Below are positions 63,665 to 64,000 of a stretch of 64,000 bases of DNA, one piece after another. Numbering within the stretch: position 1 is the stretch's first letter; the number at the start of each line of letters is the position of its first letter. Source of the stretch: an uncultured Gammaproteobacteria bacterium (GTDB lineage: Bacteria; Patescibacteriota; Patescibacteriia; Patescibacteriales; GWC2-42-12); NCBI GenBank assembly GCA_964560005.1, contig CAZLKB010000002.1:64381-128380 (forward strand), read 5' to 3'. Position numbers and translations under genes: made by a program. The notes beneath the pieces were generated by a model. That model ran no database searches. It was given only the letters and a program-made list of their open reading frames with translations, and had not been told where the DNA came from.

Positions 63665-64000
63665 ATGGAAAAGAATATAAGCAAATCAGATTGGCCATTG
63701 GTGGGCAATAGCCATATTTTTGAGTTTTTAACAAAGAGTTTGCGTAATAAAAATATTTCCGGCAGCTATATCTTTACCGGTCCGGCTAATATCGGCAAGA
63801 CTACGGCCGCCCATTTTTTCGCCAAAAGCCTGGTTTGCCAGGCTAAAGATCGCTCTGCCTTGCCTTGCGGAAAATGTTCGGCTTGCCGGCAGGCGGCCAA
63901 AGGCATTCATAGCGATATTTATTTAATCAAGAAAGCGGCGGATAAAAAAAATATTTCAATTGATCAAATCAGAGAGTTTATAAAAAGTTTGAGCCTGAGT
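63665..64000 (+). CDS. holB: DNA polymerase III delta-prime subunit (partial, runs off window)
   Basis: Open frame from the ATG at 63665 to the window end. YIFTGPANIGKTTAAHFFAKSLVC and CGKCSACRQ are typical HolB AAA+ and Zn-module motifs. Confidence 0.8.
   Translation, partial: MEKNISKSDWPLVGNSHIFEFLTKSLRNKNISGSYIFTGPANIGKTTAAHFFAKSLVCQAKDRSALPCGKCSACRQAAKGIHSDIYLIKKAADKKNISIDQIREFIKSLSLS

Noticed and set aside
1-64000. Alternative genetic code (UGA recoded, as in some candidate phyla), and the possibility of tRNA, rRNA or CRISPR content.
   Set aside because: TGA terminates ORFs at eight ATGA overlaps, and full-length domain architectures are obtained with code 11. No cloverleaf-like or rRNA-like segments were seen in the few intergenic gaps. 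No regularly spaced repeat-spacer arrays were seen either, and the heptamer repeats at 3087 lie inside a gene.

Overview
This is AT-rich bacterial DNA, roughly 35-40% G+C by eye. It uses the standard code 11: TGA acts as the stop in eight ATGA start/stop overlaps. Almost the whole window (6..63582) is one very large surface-glycan biosynthesis super-locus on nearly a single strand. Only two genes (36295..37806 and 62233..63582) lie on the minus strand, and the window ends in a partial holB (DNA pol III delta-prime). Transferases and membrane machinery: 7 GT-B and 4 GT2 glycosyltransferases, 3-4 polytopic GT-C-like membrane enzymes, 2 GtrA-like modules, an initiating polyprenyl-phosphate phosphoglycosyl transferase and one MsbA/PglK-like ABC exporter. 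Sugar pathways: a complete GDP-D-glycero-D-manno-heptose type pathway (gmhA, gmhB, GHMP kinase, nucleotidyltransferase) with its own transaldolase/FSA, and two nonulosonic-acid gene sets (legionaminic-like and pseudaminic-like) carrying two NeuB, one NeuC and two CMP-transferases. Further enzymes are two KpsC/KpsS-like candidate ulosonic-acid transferases and five class I SAM methyltransferases. The most unusual content is six paralogous B12-binding radical SAM enzymes, four of them directly paired with GT2 genes. No rRNA, tRNA, CRISPR, transposase or integrase was recognised. Non-coding signals: a two-member family of long palindromic intergenic elements, two G8 homopolymer tracts sitting on promoters, a pair of near-identical promoters, several apparently leaderless promoters, a GC-rich single-gene NUDIX islet, and an in-frame heptamer-repeat/hairpin insertion in a GT4 gene. 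Composition and gene content are reminiscent of uncultivated small-genome lineages such as Patescibacteria/CPR, but taxonomy cannot be established from this window. All functional calls come from motif recognition by eye on the supplied translations; no database search or computation was run.
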